A stretch of DNA of 61,019 bases, filler included. It is 4 parts of 4 records of this genome, joined end to end, with 100 filler letters (N's around TTAATTAATTAA, not from the genome) between each part and the next. Parts side by side here need not be neighbours in the genome. Positions count along the whole stretch, not along the records: positions 1 to 5,206 come from SRR20825006_969; positions 5,307 to 16,802 come from SRR20825006_970; 2 more parts are not named here. One strand, written 5' to 3'. The notes beneath the pieces are model-generated. The model was not told the DNA's origin. It ran no database searches and saw only the letters and a list, made by a program, of their open reading frames with translations. Below, piece after piece: positions 1 through 10,173 of this stretch (positions are counted from its first letter, which is position 1; each line of letters opens with the position of its first letter). The translations under genes were made by a program, and so were the position numbers.

Positions 1-30
1 AGGTGCTCTAACCAGCTGAGCTATGGGACC
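1..30 (-). tRNA. 5' half of a tRNA, truncated by the window edge; possibly tRNA-Met/Ile2(CAT)
   Basis: Reverse complement GGTCCCATAGCTCAGCTGGTTAGAGCACCT gives an acceptor strand plus D-arm (TAGCTCAG..GGTTAGAGC). The anticodon is outside the window. Confidence 0.85.
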
Positions 31-110
31 GTTATAATATTCAAAATTTCAATTATCTTTATATTCCTATTTTGAATAAAATTAGCTATTCAAAGAAATA
101 TTTCGGAGTG

Positions 111-118
111 CAAATGTA
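111..118 (-). promoter_or_regulatory. Bacteroidetes -7 promoter element (TACATTTG) for the tRNA
   Basis: Matches TAnnTTTG and points toward the tRNA. Confidence 0.6.
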
Positions 119-148
119 AAACACTTTACAAATACAGCAAAACAATTT

Positions 149-556
149 TTAGTTATTCTCAATTTCTTGGCAAAGTTCTATCAAAACCCCATTAGCAGAC
201 TTTGGGTGAAGGAAAGCCACCAGCTTATTATCAGCACCTTTTTTTGGGGTATCATTTAGTAAAACAAAACCTTCTTTTTTAAGTCGACCCATTTCAGTAT
301 ATATATCTTTTACCGCAAAAGCTATATGATGAATTCCTTCGCCACGTTTGGCAATAAATTTAGCAATTGGACTATCAGGATTTGTTGCTTCTAAAAGCTC
401 TATTTTGCTTTCTCCACAGCGAAAAAAGGAGGTTTCAACACCTTCTGTTTCTACTTTTTCACTTTTATAAGGAGCGCTTCCCAATAAAGCTTCATACACT
501 TTATTTGCTTCATTAATATTTTTTACTGCAATCCCTATATGTTCAATTTTGTCCAT
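149..556 (-). CDS. mce: Methylmalonyl-CoA epimerase (VOC family)
   Basis: IEHIGIAV, GEGIHHIAF and FLHPKSANGVLIELCQ motifs. Confidence 0.93.
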   Translation of the reverse strand: MDKIEHIGIAVKNINEANKVYEALLGSAPYKSEKVETEGVETSFFRCGESKIELLEATNPDSPIAKFIAKRGEGIHHIAFAVKDIYTEMGRLKKEGFVLLNDTPKKGADNKLVAFLHPKSANGVLIELCQEIENN

Positions 557-650
557 AAATACCTCTTAAAAGTGTCAAAAATACAAACTTAATACTATAG
601 ATTTTAAACAACCTTGCAACTTCATTAACATTCCGTACCGTTTATTGTCC

Positions 651-658
651 TATTTTTG
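651..658 (+). promoter_or_regulatory. TAnnTTTG -7 element 4 nt before the rbfA ATG
   Basis: TATTTTTG-CAAT-ATG. Confidence 0.65.
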
Positions 659-662
659 CAAT

Positions 663-1058
663 ATGGTAGAAAGTAACAGACAAAAAAAAATAGCAGGTGT
701 TTTGCAAAATGACCTTGCAAATGTACTCCAGAATATGCTTCGTGAAGCGGGGCAAATGGGGATTATTATTTCAGTAAGTAAAGTGGGTGTAACCACAGAT
801 CTTTCCATTGCAAAGGTTTATGTAAGTGTTTTTCCAGCTGATAAAGCTGAGGCAATTGTAAATGAGCTTAACAAAATTAAACCAAATATTAAGCATCAAA
901 TTGCGCAACTTACAAAAAATCAATTGCGAAAAATGCCCGAATTGTCATTTTATAACGATGATTCATTGGAGTATATAGAAAAAATTGACAAAGCTGTAAA
1001 AGGTGAAGAAAACCCATTGAAAGATCCCGATTTACTTCCAAAAAGAAAAAAATCATAA
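663..1058 (+). CDS. rbfA: Ribosome-binding factor A
   Basis: SNRQKKIA, VTTDLSIAKVYVS and LRKMPELSFYNDDSL motifs. ATG at 663 preferred over the upstream TTG. Confidence 0.93.
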   Translation: MVESNRQKKIAGVLQNDLANVLQNMLREAGQMGIIISVSKVGVTTDLSIAKVYVSVFPADKAEAIVNELNKIKPNIKHQIAQLTKNQLRKMPELSFYNDDSLEYIEKIDKAVKGEENPLKDPDLLPKRKKS

Positions 1059-1059
1059 G

Positions 1060-2265
1060 TTGAATTTTTCGCTCTACATCGCTAAGCGTTATTTGTTTTC
1101 AAAAAGTAGCAATAATGCCATCAATATCATTACAGGTATTGCAGCTGTAGGGGTAGTTGTGGGTGCTATGTCATTGTTTATAGTACTTTCAGGGTTTTCT
1201 GGTTTAAAAGATTTTAGTCTTCAATTTACAAATGAGTTTGACAGCGATCTTAAAATTCTTCCTGAAAGCGGAAAAACAATCGCTTTTTCTGAAGCTCAAA
1301 AACTACAGTTGAAACAAATTGAAGGGATTGAAAATTTTTCAGAAATAATTGAAGAGCGTGTTTTTCTACATTACAGAGGAAAAAACCATATTGCATATAT
1401 AAAAGGTGTAGATTCTCTTTATGGAAAAGTTACACAACTTGATAGTATTATGTATTTTGGTGAGTGGTTATATCCTTCGGAACACCAAGTTGTTGTTGGT
1501 CTTTCCACAATTGCAAAGTTATCTATTGGTGTAAATGATTACACAGATTTATTAGAAATTTACGTGCCCAAACCTGGAACTGGGCAACTTAATACACTGG
1601 ATCCTACAAGTGCTTTTACTAAAGAAAACGTTGTTGTTTCAGGGGTATATCAAGTAAATGAAGATTTGGATGCAAAGTATGTTTTTTCTGATTTAGCGTT
1701 TGCAAGAAACTTACTTTCCTTAGATAGTTCAAAAATTTCTTCAGTTGAAATAAAATTGCAACCAAATTCTTCCGAAGAAAAAGTACGTAGTGAAATTGAA
1801 AAAGTATTTCCTAAAGAAATTCTTATCAAGAATAGAATTCAGCAAAATGATGCGCTCTATAAAATGCTGAATACTGAAAATATAGCGGTTTATTTAATTT
1901 TCACATTGGTTTTAATTATTGCGCTTTTCAATGTGATTGGTTCTATAATTATGATGATTCTAGACAAGCGAAAAAATATTAAAACACTCTATAATATGGG
2001 TGCTTCGCTTAAAGAAATTCGTCGCATCTTTTTTTTACAAGGAACTTTAATGACCATTATTGGTGGTTTTTTAGGAATTTTAATAGGAATTCTTGCTGTG
2101 TTAGCACAACTAAAATTTGAGTTTGTTAAAATAACTACTTCCCTACCATATCCTGTAAAATTAGAGCTGCTGAATATTATCGTCGTTTTTGCAACAATAA
2201 GTATTTTAGGAATTCTCGCTTCGTGGATTGCTTCAAGTAGGGTTCGTGAAAAACTGCTTGCTTAA
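1060..2265 (+). CDS. LolC/E-like (FtsX family) ABC transporter permease
   Basis: IAKRYLFSK N-terminus, TM1, periplasmic domain, three C-terminal TMs with MGAS..EIRRIFFLQG. Confidence 0.88.
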   Translation: MNFSLYIAKRYLFSKSSNNAINIITGIAAVGVVVGAMSLFIVLSGFSGLKDFSLQFTNEFDSDLKILPESGKTIAFSEAQKLQLKQIEGIENFSEIIEERVFLHYRGKNHIAYIKGVDSLYGKVTQLDSIMYFGEWLYPSEHQVVVGLSTIAKLSIGVNDYTDLLEIYVPKPGTGQLNTLDPTSAFTKENVVVSGVYQVNEDLDAKYVFSDLAFARNLLSLDSSKISSVEIKLQPNSSEEKVRSEIEKVFPKEILIKNRIQQNDALYKMLNTENIAVYLIFTLVLIIALFNVIGSIIMMILDKRKNIKTLYNMGASLKEIRRIFFLQGTLMTIIGGFLGILIGILAVLAQLKFEFVKITTSLPYPVKLELLNIIVVFATISILGILASWIASSRVREKLLA

Positions 2266-2290
2266 TTTTATATATCCTAGTTTAAGTACG

Positions 2291-2947
2291 TTAAACCACA
2301 AAATATTCGGGATCTGAACCTAAACTTACCAAGGCTTCACAGATTTCTTCCGTAAACCTTTTTGGACCACACACATAAAAACGTGCGTTAAAATCACCAA
2401 TGGTTTCAATAAGAAATTTACGGTCTATTCTTCGTTCACGGAAACCAATTACCCCTTCGCGTGTAAATACATTTTTGTATGCAGGCCCTAGCATTTCAGT
2501 TAGTTCAGTATGTAAAATAATATCGTCTTTAGATTTATTTGAATATAAAAGCGCCATATTGCGAAGGTTGCCACTACTAAAAAGTGCTCTGAAAATTGCG
2601 ATAAAAGGAGTAATACCAGTACCGCCAGCTATAAATATACCTGGGCCTTTAAATTTTATTGTCCCGTCTATACTATGAAGTAAGAGCTCAGCACCCGTTT
2701 TTAATTTCCCTAATTGGGAGGTAACTCCGTTATGCTCTTCATATATTTTAATAATAAACTCTAAATAATCCCAATCTTGTAGCGAAGTGAAAGTAAAGGA
2801 CCTTATTTGTTCTTCCCAGCCAGGAAGATTAATAGAAATATTTGCAGACTGTCCAGGTGTGTACTCAAAATCTTTTGGTTTTTCTAGCACAAAGCGCTTA
2901 ACATTATGAGTAATATAATGGGTTTCTACTATTTTGAGTTTCTGCAT
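2291..2947 (-). CDS. Ferredoxin/flavodoxin reductase-like FAD/NAD-binding oxidoreductase
   Basis: YTPGQ, RSFTFTS, IAGGTGITPF and FYVCGP motifs. Confidence 0.88.
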   Translation of the reverse strand: MQKLKIVETHYITHNVKRFVLEKPKDFEYTPGQSANISINLPGWEEQIRSFTFTSLQDWDYLEFIIKIYEEHNGVTSQLGKLKTGAELLLHSIDGTIKFKGPGIFIAGGTGITPFIAIFRALFSSGNLRNMALLYSNKSKDDIILHTELTEMLGPAYKNVFTREGVIGFRERRIDRKFLIETIGDFNARFYVCGPKRFTEEICEALVSLGSDPEYFVV

Positions 2948-3071
2948 CGTATTAATTTAGGGTTTTAAAGATAAGAAGGATTTTCAAAAAATCACTTAAA
3001 ATTAAAGATGCGAATAACTGTATTTTTTTATAAAATAGCTAAATTTTGTAAGAAGAGGTATAAACTAATAA

Positions 3072-4064
3072 CTAAGCAAATTCATACCCCTTAAAAACCT
3101 CCAAAACGGCATCAAAAGCTTCAAAAACCGAAGCAGAATCATCGCTGGTTACCATTTTCATTCGGTATTCCTTAAAGTTTGGAATTCCTTTAAAATAGTT
3201 GGTATAATGACGGCGGGTTTCAAAAACGCCTAGGGTTTCACCTTTCCAATCTATCGCCATTTGCAGGTGGCGCTTGGCAGCATAAACGCGTTCTTCCATT
3301 GTGGGTGGCGGTAAGTGTTCGCCCGTTTTAAAAAAATGTTTTACTTCTTTAAAAAACCAAGGATACCCAATGCTAGCACGACCAATCATTGCCCCGTCCA
3401 AGCCGTATTTATCACGCATTTCCATCGCTTTTTCGGGTGTATCAACATCGCCATTGCCAAATACAGGTATATGCATACGCGGGTTGTTTTTTACTTCTGC
3501 AATAGGTCTCCAGTCGGCTTCGCCTTTGTACATCTGCGCACGTGTACGCCCGTGGATGGAAAGTGCTTGGCAGCCCACATCCTGCAAGCGTTCGGCAACC
3601 TCAACAATTTTAATAGAATCGTGATCCCAACCCAAACGGGTTTTTACGGTTACTGGCAGTTTGGTGTGTTTTACCATAGCCTCGGTAAGGCTTACCATTA
3701 AATCAATGTCTTTCAAAATACCTGCACCAGCACCTTTTGAAACTACTTTTTTTACGGGACAACCAAAGTTAATGTCAATCATATCTGGGCCACTGGCTTC
3801 AACAATTTCAACACTACGAAGCATTGATTCTAAAACGGCGCCAAAAATCTGAATTCCAACTGGGCGTTCTTTTTCATAAATATCAAGCTTCATCACACTT
3901 TTAGCGGCATCGCGAATAAGCCCTTCAGAAGAGATAAACTCTGTAAAAACCACATCTGCACCTTGTTCTTTGCAAAGTGCGCGAAACGGTGGGTCGCTAA
4001 CGTCTTCCATGGGGGCGAGTAGCAATGGAAAATCGGGTAATACTATGTTTCCTATTTTTGGCAA
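3072..4064 (-). CDS. dusB: tRNA-dihydrouridine synthase DusB
   Basis: LAPMEDVSD, IDINFGCP, IHGRTR and GNGDV motifs. TTG start with TACTTTTG upstream. Confidence 0.92.
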   Translation of the reverse strand: MPKIGNIVLPDFPLLLAPMEDVSDPPFRALCKEQGADVVFTEFISSEGLIRDAAKSVMKLDIYEKERPVGIQIFGAVLESMLRSVEIVEASGPDMIDINFGCPVKKVVSKGAGAGILKDIDLMVSLTEAMVKHTKLPVTVKTRLGWDHDSIKIVEVAERLQDVGCQALSIHGRTRAQMYKGEADWRPIAEVKNNPRMHIPVFGNGDVDTPEKAMEMRDKYGLDGAMIGRASIGYPWFFKEVKHFFKTGEHLPPPTMEERVYAAKRHLQMAIDWKGETLGVFETRRHYTNYFKGIPNFKEYRMKMVTSDDSASVFEAFDAVLEVFKGYEFA

Positions 4065-4309
4065 TTCTTTTTATTTAGAACTGCAAAAGTAATAAATATC
4101 AGTAAAATAAGTTCCGATAGCGATTTTACATCAAAATATTTATTCTTTTCATTTTCAGAAATAAAAAACAAAGCATTTTACTTCAAAAAATTGATTGAAA
4201 AATAAATTTCTAGTCCCCCTAATCTTAATAATTCTGAAAGAAATAATCATAACTATATAATCACTCTTTTACTATATATTTGCAAATTATAGCACGAGAA
4301 GGAATTTTT

Positions 4310-5206
4310 ATGAAGAACATACGTAATTTTTGCATCATAGCCCATATTGACCACGGTAAAAGTACCTTGGCAGATCGTCTTTTGGACGCAACTGGTACAG
4401 TTACCGATCGCGAAAAACAGGCGCAATTGCTTGATAATATGGATTTGGAACGCGAACGTGGCATCACAATTAAGAGCCATGCAATCCAAATGGATTATGA
4501 ATATAAAGGTGAAAAATACACCCTTAACCTAATTGACACTCCAGGTCACGTAGATTTTTCGTACGAAGTTTCACGTTCCATTGCTGCTTGTGAAGGTGCT
4601 TTGTTAATTGTTGATGCTGCACAAAGCATTCAGGCGCAGACTATTTCAAATTTATATTTGGCCCTTGAAAACGATCTAGAAATCATTCCTGTACTAAATA
4701 AAGTGGATCTTCCTTCTGCAAACGTGGAAGAAGTAACCGATGATATTGTGGATCTTCTAGGCTGTAAGCCTGAAGAAGTTATTCCTGCAAGTGCTAAAAC
4801 AGGCCTTGGAATTGACGAAATTTTAAGTGCTATTATTGAACGAGTGCCACCACCAAAAGGCAATCCTGACGAATCATTACAAGCATTGATTTTTGACTCT
4901 GTTTACAATCCTTTCCGCGGAGTAGAAACCTATTTTAGAGTTCTTAATGGTGAAATACGAAAAGGGCAGCACATAAAATTTATGGCTACCGGAAAAAGCT
5001 ATTTTGCAGATGAAGTAGGAACGTTGAGGTTAAAGCAATTTCCAAGAGATGTAATTAAAACAGGCGATGTAGGCTACTTAATTACAGGAATAAAAGAAGC
5101 AAAAGAAGTAAAAGTTGGTGATACAATTACCGATTCTAAAAGCCCCACTGTTAATATGATTGAGGGTTTTGAAGACGTAAAACCTATGGTTTTTGCAGGA
5201 ATTTAT
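4310..5206 (+). CDS. lepA: Elongation factor 4 (LepA), 3'-truncated at the contig end
   Basis: [28 protein letters not shown] and DTPGHVDF motifs. TATATTTG promoter at 4275-4282. Confidence 0.97.
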
Positions 5207-5306
5207 NNNNNNNNNNNNNNNNNNNNNNNNNNNNNNNNNNNNNNNNNNNNTTAATTAATTAANNNNNNNNNNNNNNNNNNNNNNNNNNNNNNNNNNNNNN
5301 NNNNNN
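5207..5306. other. Artificial contig linker
   Basis: N-run, TTAATTAATTAA (stops in all six frames), N-run. Confidence 0.98.
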
Positions 5307-5331
5307 AAAACTTGTTTTTTAACTCAGTTCT

Positions 5332-5839
5332 TTGTTACCATTAGTTTTTTTTCGCTTGGACAGCGTTCATTAAAATTCCTTGATACTCTTTTCCGTATTT
5401 GTGTTTAGTCTGAATTGCAGCTTTCCAATAAACTCTTTCAGAATCCATTTTCAATTCGTAATGAAATCCACCATTTTTTAATTTAAGCGTATCAGGATTA
5501 AAGAGTTTCTTTGGGTTATATGTAATACTATCAATAATTATAACATTTGTATTTTGAATATCATTGTTGTAACCAACAAAAACTATTTCTCCTTTAAAAT
5601 TTGAATTAACTTCATATGAGTTTTTATAAGAAGGAATATCTCTCATACAGATACTGTCAAAAACATATTTATTTTTAATTTCCGCTACAATTTTCTTCAG
5701 ACTATCATTTTCAGTACGCAAATTTTCCATTTCCGCAATCCTATTTTCAGTTTGATTAATATCTGTACAACTAGAAATTACTAAAATCAGAAGTATAATT
5801 ATTGTTAGTTTGTTCATTTTTTCAAATTAATGGTAACAA
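5332..5839 (-). mobile_element. Integron-cassette-like unit: one ORF bounded by 12-bp inverted repeats with GTT/AAC cores
   Basis: TTGTTACCATTA (5332-5343, overlapping the stop codon) and TAATGGTAACAA (5828-5839, 10 nt upstream of the ATG) are perfect reverse complements. Confidence 0.6.
5341..5817 (-). CDS. Hypothetical lipoprotein
   Basis: Signal peptide MNKLTIIILLILVISSC with lipobox, then a short coiled coil. No family recognised. Confidence 0.8.
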   Translation of the reverse strand: MNKLTIIILLILVISSCTDINQTENRIAEMENLRTENDSLKKIVAEIKNKYVFDSICMRDIPSYKNSYEVNSNFKGEIVFVGYNNDIQNTNVIIIDSITYNPKKLFNPDTLKLKNGGFHYELKMDSERVYWKAAIQTKHKYGKEYQGILMNAVQAKKN

Positions 5840-5911
5840 CGCTCTAAACATAACTATAGAAAGCTTCTAAAAGATTTATGACAAACGTTTAGGACGGAGT
5901 TAAACAAAAAC

Positions 5912-7051
5912 TTATTTTAAAAGATGACGGGAAATAACTACTTTTTGAATCTCGGTGGTTCCTTCTCCTATAGTACACAACTTAGAATCTCTGTAAAACT
6001 TCTCTACAGGAAAATCTTTTGTATATCCATATCCACCATGAATCTGAACTGCTTCATTAGCTATTCTAACACAAGCTTCTGACGCAAACATTTTACACAT
6101 TGCGCTTAACTTGGTCATTTTTCTACCTGCATTTTTTTCGAAGGCTGCTTTGTGCAATAATAATTCAGACGCTTCAATATCGGTAGCCATATCTGCCAGT
6201 TTAAAAGAAATTCCCTGAAACTCCGAAATTGGCTTTCCAAACTGAACTCTTTCTTTTGAATATTTCAAAGCTGCTTCATAAGCTCCTTTTGCAACTCCTA
6301 AGGAAAGTGCTCCAATAGAAATACGACCGCCATCTAGAATCTTCATGGACTGAATAAATCCATCTCCTACTTCTCCTAAACGATTTGCATCTGGAATTCT
6401 ACAATCAGAAAATACAAGTTCAGCAGTTTCACTGGCTCTCATTCCTAATTTATCTTCTTTTTTTCCACTAGAAAAACCTGGAGTTCCTTTTTCCACCACA
6501 AAAGCTGTCATTCCATGAGAATCTCCTTTTTCTCCAGTTCTCACAATAACTACAGCTACATCTCCGCTTTTTCCATGGGTAATAAAGTTTTTTGCGCCAT
6601 TAATAACCCATTCATCTCCATCCTTTACTGCCGTAGTACTCATCCCCCCAGCATCCGAACCTGTATTGTGCTCAGTAAGCCCCCAAGCGCCAATCCATTC
6701 GGCTGTAGCCAATTTAGGCAACCATCTTTGCTTCTGTTCTTCATTCCCAAAAGTTAAAATATGATTAGTACAAAGCGAATTGTGTGCAGCAACCGATAAA
6801 CCAATAGAAGGATCCACCTTAGAAATTTCATCTAGAATAGCAATATATTCATGGTATCCAAGTCCAGAACCTCCATAAGTTTCTGGTACTAAAACCCCCA
6901 TAAAACCTAATTCTCCAGCTTTTTTAAAAACTTCAATTGGAAAAGTTTGAGATTCATCCCATTCCATTACATAAGGTCTTATGTATTGCTCCGCAAACTC
7001 TTTAGCCGAATTTGCAACTAATTGCTGTGTTTCTGTATAATCAAAATTCAT
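5912..7051 (-). CDS. Acyl-CoA dehydrogenase
   Basis: WGLTEHNTGSDAG, INGAKNFIT, RVQFGKPI, QIHGGYGY and IGEGTTEIQ motifs. Start at MNFDY (7051); an in-frame ATG also lies at 7075. Confidence 0.93.
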   Translation of the reverse strand: MNFDYTETQQLVANSAKEFAEQYIRPYVMEWDESQTFPIEVFKKAGELGFMGVLVPETYGGSGLGYHEYIAILDEISKVDPSIGLSVAAHNSLCTNHILTFGNEEQKQRWLPKLATAEWIGAWGLTEHNTGSDAGGMSTTAVKDGDEWVINGAKNFITHGKSGDVAVVIVRTGEKGDSHGMTAFVVEKGTPGFSSGKKEDKLGMRASETAELVFSDCRIPDANRLGEVGDGFIQSMKILDGGRISIGALSLGVAKGAYEAALKYSKERVQFGKPISEFQGISFKLADMATDIEASELLLHKAAFEKNAGRKMTKLSAMCKMFASEACVRIANEAVQIHGGYGYTKDFPVEKFYRDSKLCTIGEGTTEIQKVVISRHLLK

Positions 7052-7138
7052 TTGTGCCGCTATGTCCAATTCCATTCGTTCGTTCTAATCCCAATAGTTG
7101 GGTTTAATTTCTCAGGAGTACCGAGATAGTTATTAGTA

Positions 7139-7993
7139 TTACTTGTTCTGTTGAATTTGTCTCGAGAGAGTAGATTCAGCTGCCAAATATAATTCAATTC
7201 TATTTAATTTATCTGAAGGAAAATCCTCAATTTTTGTTAATTCATCAATTGAATTGATTTTTAAATGGGCGCTTCTATAAGATACAATTTTTTTAGCTAA
7301 CTCCCAGTCTATATATGGGAGATTATTTAACTCCTTAACAGTAGCCTGATTTACATCTAGTTTTTTAAAATTGGGCAACTTTTTAATGTCAAATAATTTC
7401 CATACTTGCTTTACAGTTGCTTCATCTAAACCATAAACCTCATTAAGTTGGTCTTTAAAGTAAAATCCTCCTAATAAATCTCGGTATTTTACAATTCTCA
7501 ACCCCAATTTTTCTCCTATCCCATATACATTCTCAAAATCTTTAGGATTAGCTAGATTAACATCTGCCTTTTCAAAATGTTTTTTAATTATTGTTTTCTG
7601 CGGAAGGGTTTTAAACTCAGGAAATTTAAAATAAGGATCGATGGTTTTCAACAAAGAATCTGACACACCAGTTACTTTTTGAAATTCTAATGAAGAGTTT
7701 ACAAAATCTCCAGCTTCTCTATATTCAAACAAAGCATTTATTTCTTCAGTAGATAAACCTAAAGAATATCCTTTAAAATCGGTTAAATAATTTGGATTAA
7801 ACTTATAATGTTGAAACTTTTGCTCAACGTTATTTTCAGTAACAATCGACACCTTTTTAGCAGAAATACTTCTTTCTATTTTAAAAACACCCCAACCTAC
7901 TGTTAGAAATTGAATCCCAACTACAATTAATATTAAAAAAAATATCCCACTTCTTTGGCTTTTAGAAAACCTGAAGTGGGATAAAAATTTCAT
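7139..7993 (-). CDS. ComEA-family helix-hairpin-helix DNA-binding membrane protein
   Basis: N-terminal TM, then repeated HhH units (DVNLAN..VYGIGEKLG..IVKYR; DVNQAT..LPYI..LAKKIVSYR). Confidence 0.85.
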   Translation of the reverse strand: MKFLSHFRFSKSQRSGIFFLILIVVGIQFLTVGWGVFKIERSISAKKVSIVTENNVEQKFQHYKFNPNYLTDFKGYSLGLSTEEINALFEYREAGDFVNSSLEFQKVTGVSDSLLKTIDPYFKFPEFKTLPQKTIIKKHFEKADVNLANPKDFENVYGIGEKLGLRIVKYRDLLGGFYFKDQLNEVYGLDEATVKQVWKLFDIKKLPNFKKLDVNQATVKELNNLPYIDWELAKKIVSYRSAHLKINSIDELTKIEDFPSDKLNRIELYLAAESTLSRQIQQNK

Positions 7994-8005
7994 TAATGTA
8001 GTATA

Positions 8006-10087
8006 TTAAGCAGTCTCTTTTGCTGCTTTTTGCTTTTTAAATAATTCGCCAGCTTTTAACTTTCTAAAATACTCACGAAGGTCTTCTCTAACTTCTCCAC
8101 TCATTATATAAAGACCTATAATATTAGGGAACGACATTGCTAAAATCATCATATCCGAAAAGTCTAACACTGCGCCTAAACTTACAGAAGCTCCAATAAC
8201 AATAAAGATCATGAAGAATATTTTGTAAACTATCTCGGTTTTTCTACTCTTTCCGAATAAGAATGTCCAAGCTCTCATTCCGTAGTAGGACCAAGAAATC
8301 ATAGTTGAAAATGCAAATAAGAAAACTGCAACTGCTAGCACATAAGGGAACCAACTAATTACACTCCCAAAAGCATCTGATGTTAACTGCGCTCCAGCAA
8401 TTCCTTCTACTTCATGCATTCCTGTAAAAATTAATACCAATGCTGTTAAAGTACAAACTACTACCGTATCTATAAAAGGCTCTAATAAAGCCACAAACCC
8501 TTCTGATGGCGGATGATTTGTTTTTGCCGCACTATGGGCAATTGCTGCAGATCCTACTCCAGCCTCATTAGAGAATGCTGCTCTTTGGAAACCTACAATC
8601 AATACTCCAATTACACCACCTTTTAATGCACTTGGACTAAAAGCTCCATCTATAATTGCAGAAAAAGCTGGCCCTATATTTTCTATATTTACTCCAATAA
8701 CAATTAAAGCTGCTAATACATAGATTCCAGCCATAAATGGTACAATCTTTTCTGTTACTTTAGCAATACTACTAATACCTCCTAAAATTACAGTTCCTAC
8801 TAGAATTGCGGTGATAACCCCAAACCAAAATCCATGACCTGCAAGTACTGGAAACTGACCCGCTAACTGCTCAAAAGATTGATTTGCTTGGAACATATTA
8901 CCTCCTCCAAAAGAAGCTCCTACTGCTAAAATAGCAAAGAATACAGCTAAGAATTTACCAACTCCTTTAAGGTTTCTTTTTTCTAAACCATAACGCAAGT
9001 AATTCATCGGACCTCCAAAAACACGTCCATCAGGAAGAATATCTCTATATTTTACTCCTAAAGTACACTCCACAAATTTTGAAGACATTCCTAAAAGTCC
9101 TGCTAGAATCATCCACATTGTTGCACCAGCTCCTCCTAATGAAACTGCCACTGCAACCCCAGCAATATTTCCTAGACCTACAGTTCCAGAAACTGCTGTA
9201 GCCAATGCTTGGAAATGTGTTACTTGACCTGGAGCATCTGGATCGTCATATTTTCCTTTTGCTAAATCTAACGAATGTCTAAATCCACGAATATTAATAA
9301 AGCCCATTCTAAGCGTAAAGAATGTTGCTCCTAATAACAACCAAACAACAATAAATGGAATGTTTTTTGTTTGAGGATCTCCGTTTGGATGTACTAATGG
9401 GATAGGCTCATCATATTTAATTTCTGCTAAATATTGAGCGCCTTGCTCAATAACATGCTTTTTATTGTCGGAATTGTAAATTACTCCACCTTCTTTTACC
9501 AAATATTTTAGCTCCCCGTTTGCTTGCGCAAAAGCATCTACGGTTCCTCCTGTTGATTTTGAAATAACAGCTATTTTATCTCCTTTATTAACATGAGATC
9601 CTTCTGGCTTTAACCATTGCTGTAAAGAGAATTTACCTTCTGTATCTGCATTCCATTCTGGAATTGAAATCAACTTTACATCTGCATATACAACTGGATC
9701 ATATATCCCTGTTGCAGCAAATGGATCCCAAAATAAAACGGAACCTAATCCTGCTACTGCTGGGGTCATGGTTCCGTTGAATATCTCTGTTATTGACTCG
9801 GTATCAATATTAAATGTTTTTTCGACCGACTTTCCTGTGGCGTCTTTAACTAATACCGAATAATCTACTCCTTCTGTTAAATTAATTGCCGTATTAGATT
9901 TAAGTGAAGTTTCTTGACTGCTCCACTTATATGTGTATGGGGGAGTTCCACCAGTAACTTCTAACTCTACTTGTCCGTCATTAATTTTATTTGACGGGTT
10001 AATTAAAGTTTCTTTTACTGTAAGTTCTTGTGCAAAAACTGCAACAGAACAAAGCATTATAAAAATCGAGAGAAATTGTTTTCTCAT
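8006..10087 (-). CDS. Alanine/glycine:cation symporter (AGCS/AlsT) with extra SprB-repeat-like and lipoyl-like domains
   Basis: [35 protein letters not shown] and [11 protein letters not shown] motifs. N-terminus has a signal peptide and [11 protein letters not shown]. Confidence 0.9.
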   Translation of the reverse strand: MRKQFLSIFIMLCSVAVFAQELTVKETLINPSNKINDGQVELEVTGGTPPYTYKWSSQETSLKSNTAINLTEGVDYSVLVKDATGKSVEKTFNIDTESITEIFNGTMTPAVAGLGSVLFWDPFAATGIYDPVVYADVKLISIPEWNADTEGKFSLQQWLKPEGSHVNKGDKIAVISKSTGGTVDAFAQANGELKYLVKEGGVIYNSDNKKHVIEQGAQYLAEIKYDEPIPLVHPNGDPQTKNIPFIVVWLLLGATFFTLRMGFINIRGFRHSLDLAKGKYDDPDAPGQVTHFQALATAVSGTVGLGNIAGVAVAVSLGGAGATMWMILAGLLGMSSKFVECTLGVKYRDILPDGRVFGGPMNYLRYGLEKRNLKGVGKFLAVFFAILAVGASFGGGNMFQANQSFEQLAGQFPVLAGHGFWFGVITAILVGTVILGGISSIAKVTEKIVPFMAGIYVLAALIVIGVNIENIGPAFSAIIDGAFSPSALKGGVIGVLIVGFQRAAFSNEAGVGSAAIAHSAAKTNHPPSEGFVALLEPFIDTVVVCTLTALVLIFTGMHEVEGIAGAQLTSDAFGSVISWFPYVLAVAVFLFAFSTMISWSYYGMRAWTFLFGKSRKTEIVYKIFFMIFIVIGASVSLGAVLDFSDMMILAMSFPNIIGLYIMSGEVREDLREYFRKLKAGELFKKQKAAKETA

Positions 10088-10173
10088 AAAGAATTATGTT
10101 TAGGTTATATTTAAATTAAGAATTCTTAAAACTGACGGGGCAATATCATAAAAAAAAGGCGTTTATTCAAATT

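Noticed and set aside
615-644. TGCAAC...CGTTT ECF-like promoter upstream of rbfA
   Set aside because: Single instance with spacing different from the contig-3 motif, so there is no internal support.
5251-5262. TTAATTAATTAA repeated three times in the window
   Set aside because: Synthetic six-frame-stop spacer inside N-runs.
5843-5870. dif-like XerD half-site (TTATGTTTAGA, minus strand) upstream of the cassette-like gene
   Set aside because: Only a partial match, with no convincing XerC arm at 6-bp spacing.
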